Positions 8,320-16,328 of a stretch of 39,824 nucleotides of DNA are shown here, piece by piece. Source of the DNA: a virus. Lineage: Duplodnaviria; Caudoviricetes. The position numbers were made by a program, and so were the translations under genes. Under the pieces are notes generated by a model. That model was given only the letters and a program-made list of their open reading frames with translations. It did not search any database and was not told where the DNA came from. The stretch lies in IMG/VR virus record IMGVR_UViG_3300037420_000668, positions 1-39,824 of that record; one strand, written 5' to 3'. The first letter of the stretch is position 1. Each line of letters starts with the position of its first letter.

Positions 8320-9218
8320 CGTTCGCGGCGGCCGTCATGATGTACCAACCCACTCCGATGATGGCCCGCTACTTAAAGCCGCTGTTGCGCGAACTAGGAC
8401 CAATCCGCTGCGACCGCATCACTCCGGGCATGATCCGGGACCTCGGGCCTAAGCTCTATCCCACTGCCTGCACGGACACTTGGAGGCGATGGGTCGTCAC
8501 TCCTGCCCGCGCCGTCATCAACAACGCGAACGACAAAGGGAAATGCCCGCCCATCAAAATCAAGGGCTACTCCGAGCAAGAGCGAGTGGCACAGGACAAG
8601 AAGCGCAAGAAGGCAAGTCGCCTTGAGCGCAGACCTGGTGATTGGGCTTGGCTGCTGAGCTTCCGCACTACAGCTCCGCAAAGACACGGCGCACTGGCGT
8701 TATTCATGTTCGCTACTGGAGCCAGAGTGGGGCAGGCAGTGCAGATGGCGCCGTGCCATCTCAAGCTGGATCAAAACAAGGTTATCATTCCCGGAGCGAA
8801 GGGTCACGGCGACAGGGAAATCCAGATCCCGCCTGAACTGGTGTCAGAGCTCGCGAACTTGACGCCGATGGTGCCACGAGGATGGAAGCGCACAGCGGAG
8901 AACAAGCGCGTGTTCGGCTTTGCTTCATCCTGTGGACCGCTGAAGGCATGGAAGCGGGCATGCAGGGACGCAGGCATTCCGTACCTGTCACCCCATGCAG
9001 CTGGTCGTCACGGCTTCGGACAGGAGCACGTCATCAGGCAAGGTGTGGACAGCAAGTCTGTCGGCAAGTTCGGCGGATGGTCAGACACCGTCTTGCTCAA
9101 CCGCACCTATACCCATGCGGAGGGTTTCGAGGACAAGATTTTGGCCGGTTTTCGTACAGGGCTCGTACAAGCCGAAACGGAGACGGGCATCAAGCTGCTG
9201 AAAACAGGGTCTAATTAG
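8127..9218 (+). CDS. int: tyrosine integrase
   Basis: ATGAR (R), AKG (K), HAAGRH, GGW, TYTH (Y); adjacent to tRNA-type att. Confidence 0.92.
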   Translation: MLTAYRRGSTWWAKGRVEYNGRPISSYIRESTGASDEIGARDWIAEREERERRRYLIGEEEQPLTFAAAVMMYQPTPMMARYLKPLLRELGPIRCDRITPGMIRDLGPKLYPTACTDTWRRWVVTPARAVINNANDKGKCPPIKIKGYSEQERVAQDKKRKKASRLERRPGDWAWLLSFRTTAPQRHGALALFMFATGARVGQAVQMAPCHLKLDQNKVIIPGAKGHGDREIQIPPELVSELANLTPMVPRGWKRTAENKRVFGFASSCGPLKAWKRACRDAGIPYLSPHAAGRHGFGQEHVIRQGVDSKSVGKFGGWSDTVLLNRTYTHAEGFEDKILAGFRTGLVQAETETGIKLLKTGSN

Positions 9219-9349
9219 GTGTTCAGACCAATTCCCTCCGAAGGCAGAGGCCACAGGTTCGAATCCTGTCGGGTGCGCCATAGACGCTTGCTGTTCCATG
9301 CAGGAACGCGCGCCGAACAAACCGCGAAACCGCGTACAAATCCCGTACA
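9153..9349 (+). mobile_element. attP region with arm-type sites
   Basis: CGTACA pairs at 11-bp period on both sides of the core: 9153/9164 and 9333/9344. Confidence 0.75.
9234..9280 (+). mobile_element. attP core = 3' half of tRNA-Arg(CCG)
   Basis: CCCTCCGAAGGCAG anticodon loop (CCG 9238-9240), T-arm ACAGGTTCGAATCCTGT, GGGTGCG-CCA end; no 5' half or D-arm, so not a functional tRNA. Confidence 0.9.
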
Positions 9350-9363
9350 ACTCCACCGGGGGA

Positions 9364-9663
9364 ATGATGATGACTGATTCTGGGCGCGTGCCTAGCGCGG
9401 ACTTTGTTGAGCATGTCGCGGGAGCAATCAGTCTTGCGGTTGGCGACGAGGCCGCCGCATTGGCCGCGATAGCCGAAATTGAGCACCGGCTAGTTCGGTA
9501 TCTGCGATTCTGTGCCGAAAGCGCAGTCGGAAGCGGAAGCTCCTTCAACCAGGGTGTGGTGCGCGGTCTAGAGATCGCCACCGCCCAAATCGAATATGGA
9601 CATTACCAGAACGCGACTGCGGCAGCGCTGCAATCCACCCAGAAAGGGTCCGACAATGCCTAA
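9364..9663 (+). CDS. hypothetical protein
   Basis: GGGGGA RBS; first gene after attP. Confidence 0.6.
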   Translation: MMMTDSGRVPSADFVEHVAGAISLAVGDEAAALAAIAEIEHRLVRYLRFCAESAVGSGSSFNQGVVRGLEIATAQIEYGHYQNATAAALQSTQKGSDNA

Positions 9664-9856
9664 CCGACAGTTAAAGCCGTGTCCGTTTTGCGGCGAGAGC
9701 CTGAATATGCGTGCCGTCCAAATAACCGGTGGATTCGATACTGTCGGACTTCATCCTCGCAACCGCTGCATTCTCGCGGGTAAGGGCTTCACGGAGGATG
9801 AGTTCGGGGCGTGGAACGCAAGAGCCCTCTTAGTCGAGATTGGGAGTGGCCAGTGA
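9656..9856 (+). CDS. Lar-like restriction alleviation protein
   Basis: LKPCPFCG...WNAR Lar family motif. Confidence 0.65.
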   Translation: MPNRQLKPCPFCGESLNMRAVQITGGFDTVGLHPRNRCILAGKGFTEDEFGAWNARALLVEIGSGQ

Positions 9857-9975
9857 GATTGCTCTCTGCCCTTCTCGCGGCTGTCGCCGCCCTGCCGTTC
9901 ATCATGCTTCTCCTGTGCATCGGAGCACTCATCGACTTCTTCTGGTCCGCCAATGATTGGACATATTCGGCATGA
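9853..9975 (+). CDS. small membrane protein (40 aa)
   Basis: GGGAG RBS, GTGA/ATGA coupling, hydrophobic. Confidence 0.55.
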   Translation: MRLLSALLAAVAALPFIMLLLCIGALIDFFWSANDWTYSA

Positions 9976-10181
9976 AGCGAGGACGCACACTCACGCTCTA
10001 TCGTGACGATAGCACCGCACAGGTTCGTTACGAACGGGTCAAGAGCTACTTCTTCACAGCGAACAACACTGTGCTGACTATCAGCCGGTATGACGCCGAT
10101 GAAGGTGACGGGCATCATTACATTCACTGGCCGCGCGAGCGCTTCTGCTGGTTTCGCGACAACCCCGGAGACGCAGCATGA
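9972..10181 (+). CDS. hypothetical protein
   Basis: ATGA coupling. Confidence 0.65.
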   Translation: MKRGRTLTLYRDDSTAQVRYERVKSYFFTANNTVLTISRYDADEGDGHHYIHWPRERFCWFRDNPGDAA

Positions 10182-10339
10182 CACCTAACCCACATCGAGA
10201 AGCAGGGGATGCGCCGCGCAGAATGTTTGGCATGAGCGAAATATGGCGTGACGACAGCACAGGAACGATGACGTTATATCTGCTTTTCGTGCCGATTTGG
10301 TCGCGTCATTTCACGCACTCAACTGGAGTGTTCGACTAA
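10178..10339 (+). CDS. hypothetical 53 aa protein
   Basis: GGAG RBS, ATGA and TAATG overlaps. Confidence 0.5.
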   Translation: MTPNPHREAGDAPRRMFGMSEIWRDDSTGTMTLYLLFVPIWSRHFTHSTGVFD

Positions 10340-10500
10340 TGGCGACAAACCAAGAAGCAGGGGCAGCGCTGCCTATCGTGAAGCGGCTGTTTTGTAACAT
10401 CTTTCACAAACGCTGGCATCGGCGCTCACCGGGAGGAATCCACTGCTATGACTGCGAATGCTTTAGGTGCGGTCGTCGCTGGACGCTCTTCATTGACTGA
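10339..10500 (+). CDS. small zinc-ribbon protein
   Basis: LFCNIFH...CECFRCG; GGAG RBS. Confidence 0.6.
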   Translation: MATNQEAGAALPIVKRLFCNIFHKRWHRRSPGGIHCYDCECFRCGRRWTLFID

Positions 10501-10530
10501 CGCCCTCCTCGCCAAGCTCGGAGAGGCAGC

Positions 10531-10719
10531 ATGAGCAAACTTCCGCCTGATTTTGACCGCTCGCTCTGGCTCGACCCGCTACGGTTCGAAGGGTTAATCG
10601 GCGCGGCGATTGCGGCGGGACTCTATACTGAGCTTTTTCGCCCGGATGGTTTCGCCAAGCCAATCGCAGAATTGAGACGTGATAGACGGGTCGCCAGACT
10701 GATGGACACCTTACAATGA
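10531..10719 (+). CDS. hypothetical protein
   Basis: GGAGAGG RBS. Confidence 0.6.
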   Translation: MSKLPPDFDRSLWLDPLRFEGLIGAAIAAGLYTELFRPDGFAKPIAELRRDRRVARLMDTLQ

Positions 10720-10904
10720 CCCACGCCCTCCTCATCATCGGCAGCATCATTGGCTTTATCGCTGCATCAGCGGGTGTGGGCATGTTCGGTGCCGATGCGA
10801 TGGGCGGTCCCTACGATGGTAGAACCGGCAATGCTGGCTGTGCGGTCTTCATGATTGGTGCGGTTCTATTCGGCGCGTGTTTCTCAGCATTGGGAGGAAA
10901 TTAA
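10716..10904 (+). CDS. two-TM membrane protein
   Basis: two hydrophobic segments; ATGA overlap. Confidence 0.65.
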   Translation: MTHALLIIGSIIGFIAASAGVGMFGADAMGGPYDGRTGNAGCAVFMIGAVLFGACFSALGGN

Positions 10905-10905
10905 C

Positions 10906-11175
10906 ATGCACCCATGGCACCATCAGGACAAGCACCGTTACAACTTGGATCGGAGCCCATCAGGGCAGCTCGGGCCGATGCGCGAGAAAGACGAAGCGCC
11001 TAAGCCAGAGGGCAAAGTCATGACAACAGGTGAAGATGGAGAAGTGCCGAAAGGCTGGCGTTTCGATCCGTTCGCCGACGCGCGAATGGGTAAGTCGCTG
11101 TTCCAGATGCGGCCCGAAGACTGGCTTATTCGAGACGAAAAATCTCCAAAGCCCAAGGACTCAACCCGTGACTGA
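10906..11175 (+). CDS. hypothetical protein
   Basis: GGAGG RBS. Confidence 0.55.
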   Translation: MHPWHHQDKHRYNLDRSPSGQLGPMREKDEAPKPEGKVMTTGEDGEVPKGWRFDPFADARMGKSLFQMRPEDWLIRDEKSPKPKDSTRD

Positions 11176-11584
11176 GATGCGGGAGGTATGCCCAACGTGC
11201 GGCGCGAAGAAGCCCGAGGAGAACGAGTATTGCTCAGACGGCTTCCACGCACCCGGAGAAACCTTTTGGCCTGTGACTGACACGATGCGGGATAAGATCG
11301 CGCGGATCGAGCGCTACATCGCTGAGTATGAGGACGCATCGAATTGGGGCGGCCCGACAATGTACCCAGCGCCGCCGAAGATTTCAGACCTTCGTTCGCT
11401 TCTCGCACTCATCGCCCCGGTGATGGAGGAGAACGAGCGGTATCGTGCCGCCCTTGAGCGTCTGAGCAGCAGCTTCACTGGAGGATGGGCTGGCATGTAT
11501 CGCGAGCGTGCTGACGTAATTGGCGAGGTCGAACAAATCGCCCGCGCCGCCCTTTCCCCGAAAAGCGAGAAGCAGGATGGATAA
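11168..11584 (+). CDS. hypothetical protein (Ea-like, CxxC)
   Basis: VCPTCG; ENERYRAALERL...IARAALS tail typical of early accessory proteins. Confidence 0.6.
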   Translation: MTEMREVCPTCGAKKPEENEYCSDGFHAPGETFWPVTDTMRDKIARIERYIAEYEDASNWGGPTMYPAPPKISDLRSLLALIAPVMEENERYRAALERLSSSFTGGWAGMYRERADVIGEVEQIARAALSPKSEKQDG

Positions 11585-11807
11585 GTTGGAGCTTGCTGAG
11601 CGCGTTGAGAAAATGGCGCGGCGCATGAGCTTCATCAACGAGGCCGTGACCATCCGCGAACTCGGAGGATGGCCCAACGATCCGGTGCACAATGCTGCCA
11701 TCATCTACTGGCTGCATGGCTGGACCTTCGACAACAAAGACGCTGGGATGATCCGGGCAGAAGCCGCCGCCCTAAGAGCACGAGAAGGAGCCAGTCGTAA
11801 TGGGTGA
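11577..11807 (+). CDS. hypothetical protein
   Basis: MDKLELAERVE...AAALRAR. Confidence 0.65.
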   Translation: MDKLELAERVEKMARRMSFINEAVTIRELGGWPNDPVHNAAIIYWLHGWTFDNKDAGMIRAEAAALRAREGASRNG

Positions 11808-12120
11808 GGTTGAGCTGAAGCCTGACTATGAGAAGCTGATTGAGCGGTTGCAGTCGGTTGCTGACTGGTATGTCAAGGATCGTGACGCAACCGTGCAAGG
11901 TATCTGTACCGAAGCAGCAGAAGCAATCTCTACCCTGCTTAAGGAGAGGGATGCGGCATTAGCTGGGCAATGTGTACATGAGTGGGAGTGGGTCAAAACA
12001 GCGGTCGATATGAGCAACACCAACTTTGTGACCATGCGATGCTCAAAATGCGGCACCACGCGATATGAGGAACATTTGGGCGGTGTCGGAAGTGGCGGCG
12101 GCAGCCTCCCCCGCGCCTAA
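11800..12120 (+). CDS. hypothetical protein with C-terminal zinc ribbon
   Basis: LIERL...EAAEAI; CVHEW...CSKCG; AAGGAG RBS. Confidence 0.7.
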   Translation: MGEVELKPDYEKLIERLQSVADWYVKDRDATVQGICTEAAEAISTLLKERDAALAGQCVHEWEWVKTAVDMSNTNFVTMRCSKCGTTRYEEHLGGVGSGGGSLPRA

Positions 12121-13694
12121 GGCACTGGCACCAACACATGCGTTGGAAAGTCCGTATTAGGATAATGATCCCCCTGCTTGATCTCGGTGCCGTCTCCTAG
12201 ATCTCCACCGGCACAGGTTAGGTGCTGGTTGATACAGGTCCGGTGCCAAGTAGCTTTGACGGTGGGGCTCCATGCTTCCCAATAATCCATGTGCCATGTC
12301 GACCCAGGAATGACCGCGTGGCCCAGAGTCGCAGCCATCTGTCGATCGCTGTCGAGCAGCCATTTGCCAGCCGTGAAATTGGCATCGGTGGTGTAGGCCA
12401 CCTGAACCTCAAGGCTGGGAATGAGGTAGGGATGATCCGATGGGCAAGCACGGAAGAACTGGCCCACGTACATCGTGCCATCTGCGTCATGCATGTGCGA
12501 TCGGTGGTCAGCTGAGTCCACGCCGGTTCCGTCCCAGCAGATGGGGGCTGCGGCAATAATCATCAGCCGAGCTCCAACCGGGCATCCAGCGGCGCGAGTT
12601 TCCTCGATCGAATGATAGTAACCCGTTGCCGGAGAAATGACAGTCCCGTCGAAGCTATCCCAACACTGGAACGTGATCGCTGCGGAGTCCTGACTGGAGA
12701 GGTCAGACGGCCCTCCTGCCATCGTCTTCATGTTGTAGCCGAATACGAACCTGATCCCGTTGGGTAGGTCGATGCACTGGCCGATATGTGAGGTACTGGA
12801 GAGCGAGCAATACGGGTCTGAAGCGGGGTTCCGCTTATAGTACAGGTTCATGTAATCGGGCTTGACCGCGTTACCGACACCATCCAGCATCCAGGGCATC
12901 CAGTAGGCCGAGCGATTGAGCGGATGCGTAGCGTCGTCGCGGTTGCCGCAAGTGGTTGCGCCGGTCGTCCTCAGGCTCGAATAGTTGGATGCGTAGTTCG
13001 TTCCGGTGTTACCGAAGAACTGGTGGCCGTGAGCCGAACCATTCGGAACGCCGGGATACACCAGCGGGTCGTCATGGCTCATTGGGCCGGGCTTGCAGAA
13101 CATGCGGAAGGCACCGACTGGATCGGCACTGATCGGTGGCGTCCCTCCCCGACCATTGGGACCATAAAAGGTCAGCTCGATTCCCTGCGTCGTGTCGAAA
13201 TTGTCGAGGATCGCGGTTTCTCCGGTAAGGCCAGGCGCCGGGGCCGGAGGAGGCGGAGGAGGGGGCGGAATGGCCGCTGCGTCGTCGTCCGTGATTGTCA
13301 CGGTAGCCGCGCTGCGGACGACGACGGCATTGCGCAGTGCCTTGAGCGTCACGCTGAACTGCTCGCTTGATTCATAGACACTATCGTTGATGATCGGCAC
13401 CGTGACTGTTGCCGAGGTCTGGGAAGCGCCCATTGTTATGGACTGGCTGATAGCCGTGTAATCTGAACCGGCTAGAGCTGTGCGGTCGACGGTGGCGACA
13501 CTGACTTGCGAATAGCTTTTCCCGCGTCCCTTGGTGATGGTGAGAACCGCGCTGCCGGCGCTTTCGCTCACGGTAACGTCGGCAATGGAGACGGAAGGCG
13601 GGCTCGAGGTTGGTCTTGCGTGGGCAGGACAAGCAAACAGCGCCACGCCAATTAGGGCGAGAAGCGCCATGACTAAAATATGGTAGCGGTTCAT
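12117..13694 (-). CDS. secreted Calx-beta + DUF1996 domain protein
   Basis: Signal peptide ending AHA; Calx-beta (TALAGSDY...IINDSVYESSEQF...TITDDD); poly-Pro linker; DUF1996 motifs DDPLVYPG, HQFFGN, NRSAYW, PICWDG, CPSDHP, HMDY. Confidence 0.8.
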   Translation of the reverse strand: MNRYHILVMALLALIGVALFACPAHARPTSSPPSVSIADVTVSESAGSAVLTITKGRGKSYSQVSVATVDRTALAGSDYTAISQSITMGASQTSATVTVPIINDSVYESSEQFSVTLKALRNAVVVRSAATVTITDDDAAAIPPPPPPPPAPAPGLTGETAILDNFDTTQGIELTFYGPNGRGGTPPISADPVGAFRMFCKPGPMSHDDPLVYPGVPNGSAHGHQFFGNTGTNYASNYSSLRTTGATTCGNRDDATHPLNRSAYWMPWMLDGVGNAVKPDYMNLYYKRNPASDPYCSLSSTSHIGQCIDLPNGIRFVFGYNMKTMAGGPSDLSSQDSAAITFQCWDSFDGTVISPATGYYHSIEETRAAGCPVGARLMIIAAAPICWDGTGVDSADHRSHMHDADGTMYVGQFFRACPSDHPYLIPSLEVQVAYTTDANFTAGKWLLDSDRQMAATLGHAVIPGSTWHMDYWEAWSPTVKATWHRTCINQHLTCAGGDLGDGTEIKQGDHYPNTDFPTHVLVPVP

Positions 13695-13984
13695 GGCATA
13701 TCCTTGGGGCAACCAAGCGACTTTTTCCCGACCCGCTCGGCCCAGCGGCACAGTCGTCCGCCCGCCGCGCTTACGCGGTCGCCCCACGCTTCTACGCTCG
13801 CCGAATAATCGTCAGCGGCTTTCTGAGATGTGGCGATCTCATCGGTCGGGACGGGCTTCGCTTCAGCAGCGGCCCTCAGGTCATCGGCAGGCGGGAGGAT
13901 TGTGCCCGGCGTTGCGCAAGCGCTGGCAGCTAAGAGCATGGCTAGTGGGAGAGATCGGCTGATCCGGTTGAGCGGCGATGGCAT
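13691..13984 (-). CDS. o-spanin (Rz1-like lipoprotein)
   Basis: Lipobox-like LAASAC, Pro-rich, overlaps the i-spanin 3' end. Confidence 0.75.
   Translation of the reverse strand: MPSPLNRISRSLPLAMLLAASACATPGTILPPADDLRAAAEAKPVPTDEIATSQKAADDYSASVEAWGDRVSAAGGRLCRWAERVGKKSLGCPKDMP
13789..13826 (-). promoter_or_regulatory. late promoter motif TCAGAA-N26-TAGAAG (upstream of DUF1996 gene)
   Basis: One of 8 copies with identical spacing; lies inside the o-spanin gene. Confidence 0.5.
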
Positions 13985-14243
13985 TGTGCATCTCCTGTTC
14001 GTTCTTTGCGTTGGCGATGATGTCCGATGATCGCTCCTGTGCGGCTTTGTCCGTGGCAGGCTTGGCGCGCTGCTCGATCTTCGCTTCGTGAGCATTGATG
14101 ACGCTGCTGTCGTAAGCGCATTTACCGCCCCACAAGGCGAGGAGGATCAGCAGCCCGAGCACGACGAAGGTCAGCGGTTTGGCGAATTTGCCGAACTTCG
14201 GCCCGAGCAAGCCTTCAACGAATATGATGAGGAAGACGGGCAT
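13881..14243 (-). CDS. i-spanin (Rz-like)
   Basis: N-terminal TM, helical periplasmic region, C-terminal Cys. Confidence 0.75.
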   Translation of the reverse strand: MPVFLIIFVEGLLGPKFGKFAKPLTFVVLGLLILLALWGGKCAYDSSVINAHEAKIEQRAKPATDKAAQERSSDIIANAKNEQEMHNAIAAQPDQPISPTSHALSCQRLRNAGHNPPACR

Positions 14244-14482
14244 CAGCTTGCCCTCCGATAGCGACGACCGTTCCAGCCTTCGCGGTTGCAGACGGGGCCG
14301 CCGTCATCCCAAAAGCGAACGCCCTTCGGACCGCATTTCCCTCGCTCCATGCAAGCGAAGTCGGCTGGCGTGTAACGGTCCCACTCGCGGTCCATGAAGT
14401 GGTTGAAACGAGTGCTGTTGCAGCCTTCATAATTGTAGGTCTGCGATGCATGGATCGCGGCGGCGACAAGAAACGCGATCAT
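14243..14482 (-). CDS. small secreted Cys-containing protein
   Basis: Short hydrophobic N-terminus, 4 Cys; ATGA/TGATG coupling. Confidence 0.55.
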   Translation of the reverse strand: MIAFLVAAAIHASQTYNYEGCNSTRFNHFMDREWDRYTPADFACMERGKCGPKGVRFWDDGGPVCNREGWNGRRYRRAS

Positions 14483-14640
14483 GCCAATCCCGCCCGCTGA
14501 ACGATAATCAGCACTCCAATGAGGATGATGGCGACCTTGAGGACCGCTCCAACTGGAGGCGGTGCGGGAACTTGGTCGACCGCCCACACGAGGAGGACAA
14601 CGACAAGGGTGACAATCAGCGCAAAGATGAGAAGGCTCAT
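14479..14640 (-). CDS. small two-TM membrane protein
   Basis: MSLLIFALIV...VPAPPP...IILIGVLII; GGAGG RBS. Confidence 0.7.
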   Translation of the reverse strand: MSLLIFALIVTLVVVLLVWAVDQVPAPPPVGAVLKVAIILIGVLIIVQRAGLA

Positions 14641-14780
14641 GCTCGGTCCTCCGGTCTTGGGGGAAGATTGGTGCTGCTGACGTTGCAGTTGGTCAGCAGC
14701 ACCCATGGAACGACGGGTTTCGGTGGAGGGATGGGCGATCCAAGGAGCGGAGCCGCGAGGACGAGGAGCGCGAGCTTCAC
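14637..14780 (-). CDS. small Pro-rich signal-peptide protein (47 aa)
   Basis: MKLALLVLAAPLLGSPIPPPKP...; GTGA and ATGA overlaps. Confidence 0.5.
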   Translation of the reverse strand: MKLALLVLAAPLLGSPIPPPKPVVPWVLLTNCNVSSTNLPPRPEDRA

Positions 14781-15199
14781 GACGCTTCCTTGATAACGTC
14801 GGCAGTGGCTTGGGCACTGTCGGCCACCTTCTGAGCAGCCACAGGAGCATCGCGGCTCATATTGGCTTCCACGATGTCTTTGACCTTGAGGTCGAGCTTG
14901 CCGCCGGCGATCACAATGACGATTAAAGTCAGCAGACAGAGCGCAATGACCCCGCCGAAGATGTAACTGTTCGTCGCCAGGCTATTAAGTTGGATTGTCA
15001 GCAGCCCAACGCACGATTGAGCCGCGTCTATCTTGCTGTTTGCGTCCGCCTTGTCGGCTCCGATCGCCGTACGACACCAGTCAGCGCCAGAGAGCGTTTT
15101 CAACAGCCGGAACGACATGACCATGACGAACACGCTGGTCACGGCGACACAAACGACCGCGAAGGCCCTAATCGGGTTACGGACTACCGGCATGCTCAC
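14777..15199 (-). CDS. two-TM membrane protein, possible holin
   Basis: Two TM helices; directly downstream of endolysin (GTGA overlap). Confidence 0.6.
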   Translation of the reverse strand: MSMPVVRNPIRAFAVVCVAVTSVFVMVMSFRLLKTLSGADWCRTAIGADKADANSKIDAAQSCVGLLTIQLNSLATNSYIFGGVIALCLLTLIVIVIAGGKLDLKVKDIVEANMSRDAPVAAQKVADSAQATADVIKEAS

Positions 15200-15714
15200 G
15201 CCGCCATCTCCTTGGCCTTGGCGCGAACGTCTTGGACTCGCATCGTCCATCCGTGCCCGAACCTGTCGAAAATCGGCAGCTGCTTGAGAAAAGAAAGGCG
15301 CGCATCGCAGATATTGTCGATCACGTCAGGGATGGGCCTGCCATTGACGGCTGCGAGCGTGACTGGCCCTATTTCTCCATCCTGAAACACGCCTGCCGCG
15401 CGCTGAAGGTATCGTGCGGCACGGGCCGAACCGCTATTGACGGCGAAATCGAAGCAACAATAATCGACGCCTATGGGGAGCGCATCGCCGCGAACCTTGT
15501 CCCAATAAAGCGATCGGTAAATCTTCGCGATTTCATCATCATCGATGAGCTTTACGCTGCGCTTGTCCCGTCCCTCGCCAATGAGCCAATCGTCATAGAC
15601 GCCCTGAGTGACGCCCTTGCACGTCGCGCCGCCTGGGTCTTGAGCATCGCAAACAAAGCCGCCCTCGTGAATAAGCACGAGCTTGAGCGAAGGGGAGAAA
15701 TTGGCAGCGCTCAT
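15196..15714 (-). CDS. endolysin, glycoside hydrolase family 108
   Basis: HEGG...DPGGATCKGV...FDFAVNSG...LQR...DGEIGP...FGHGW. Confidence 0.92.
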   Translation of the reverse strand: MSAANFSPSLKLVLIHEGGFVCDAQDPGGATCKGVTQGVYDDWLIGEGRDKRSVKLIDDDEIAKIYRSLYWDKVRGDALPIGVDYCCFDFAVNSGSARAARYLQRAAGVFQDGEIGPVTLAAVNGRPIPDVIDNICDARLSFLKQLPIFDRFGHGWTMRVQDVRAKAKEMAA

Positions 15715-15905
15715 TTTAGCCTGCTCAGCATGTGAACCATGTCCGAGGGCGTGACCGACGACTTGCGGAACGAGCGCTTGAGCGCCACGGTGATGGGATT
15801 GTCGTTGGCGACGGAATCGGCCAACGCCCCTTGTCGCGCACAGGCCCTCGTGAGCACGTCCGCTGCTTCACCTTCGGCACGGATGGCGTCCAGAAGGTCA
15901 GACAT
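15711..15905 (-). CDS. hypothetical protein in lysis cassette
   Basis: 64 aa coupled between holin-like gene and endolysin. Confidence 0.6.
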   Translation of the reverse strand: MSDLLDAIRAEGEAADVLTRACARQGALADSVANDNPITVALKRSFRKSSVTPSDMVHMLSRLK

Positions 15906-16119
15906 GGGGCCTGCCCTGGATCACCATTGACAGCGCCGTGAGCGAGCTCGCCAGCTTCTCTCTGCTGGCAATGTCTGCTTCCTCGACCTTGGCTCTGGCC
16001 TCGGCCTGTTCTTTTCGCTCCTTCCGATCACAGCTCTCGCGCCAAATGAGATAGACGACGAGCACCCCGAGGGGTCCGCCTTGGGCGATGATGGAAAGGG
16101 CAAGCTGGTCAATGCTCAC
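15898..16119 (-). CDS. holin-like single-TM protein
   Basis: QGGPLGVLVVYLIW TM followed by charged coil; first gene of lysis cassette. Confidence 0.65.
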   Translation of the reverse strand: MSIDQLALSIIAQGGPLGVLVVYLIWRESCDRKERKEQAEARAKVEEADIASREKLASSLTALSMVIQGRPHV

Positions 16120-16151
16120 CTCGATCCAACTCCGATGCTCGTACTGGGAGG

Positions 16152-16328
16152 CTATTCATTGGGATTCTTCAGACGCTGGGCGTAAGTGTAAGAGCGATGG
16201 ACCAAGGGGGTTGCGCCAGCTTCGGTCCCCGGCTCCAGAATTGCGTAAGCCACCAGCTTTGATGTCGCGATCGTGCCGTTATCGGCGATCTGGACGTATC
16301 CAACGAGTTTTGAGGTCTCGACGGTCAT
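16152..16328 (-). CDS. 58 aa tail-associated protein with internal repeat
   Basis: MTVETSKLVGYVQI...ATSKLVAYAILEPG...; ATGA overlap; below ORF-track cutoff. Confidence 0.7.
   Translation of the reverse strand: MTVETSKLVGYVQIADNGTIATSKLVAYAILEPGTEAGATPLVHRSYTYAQRLKNPNE

Noticed and set aside
9221-9280. Complete tRNA gene
   Set aside because: Only anticodon loop to CCA is present; no D-arm or 5' acceptor strand, so it is an att core
13245-13268. GGA/GGC triplet run
   Set aside because: Simply encodes the poly-Pro linker of the DUF1996 protein
14829-14834. Extra TTCTGA sites (2518, 14829, 35373) as late promoters
   Set aside because: No TA at the 26-nt spacing and no third T
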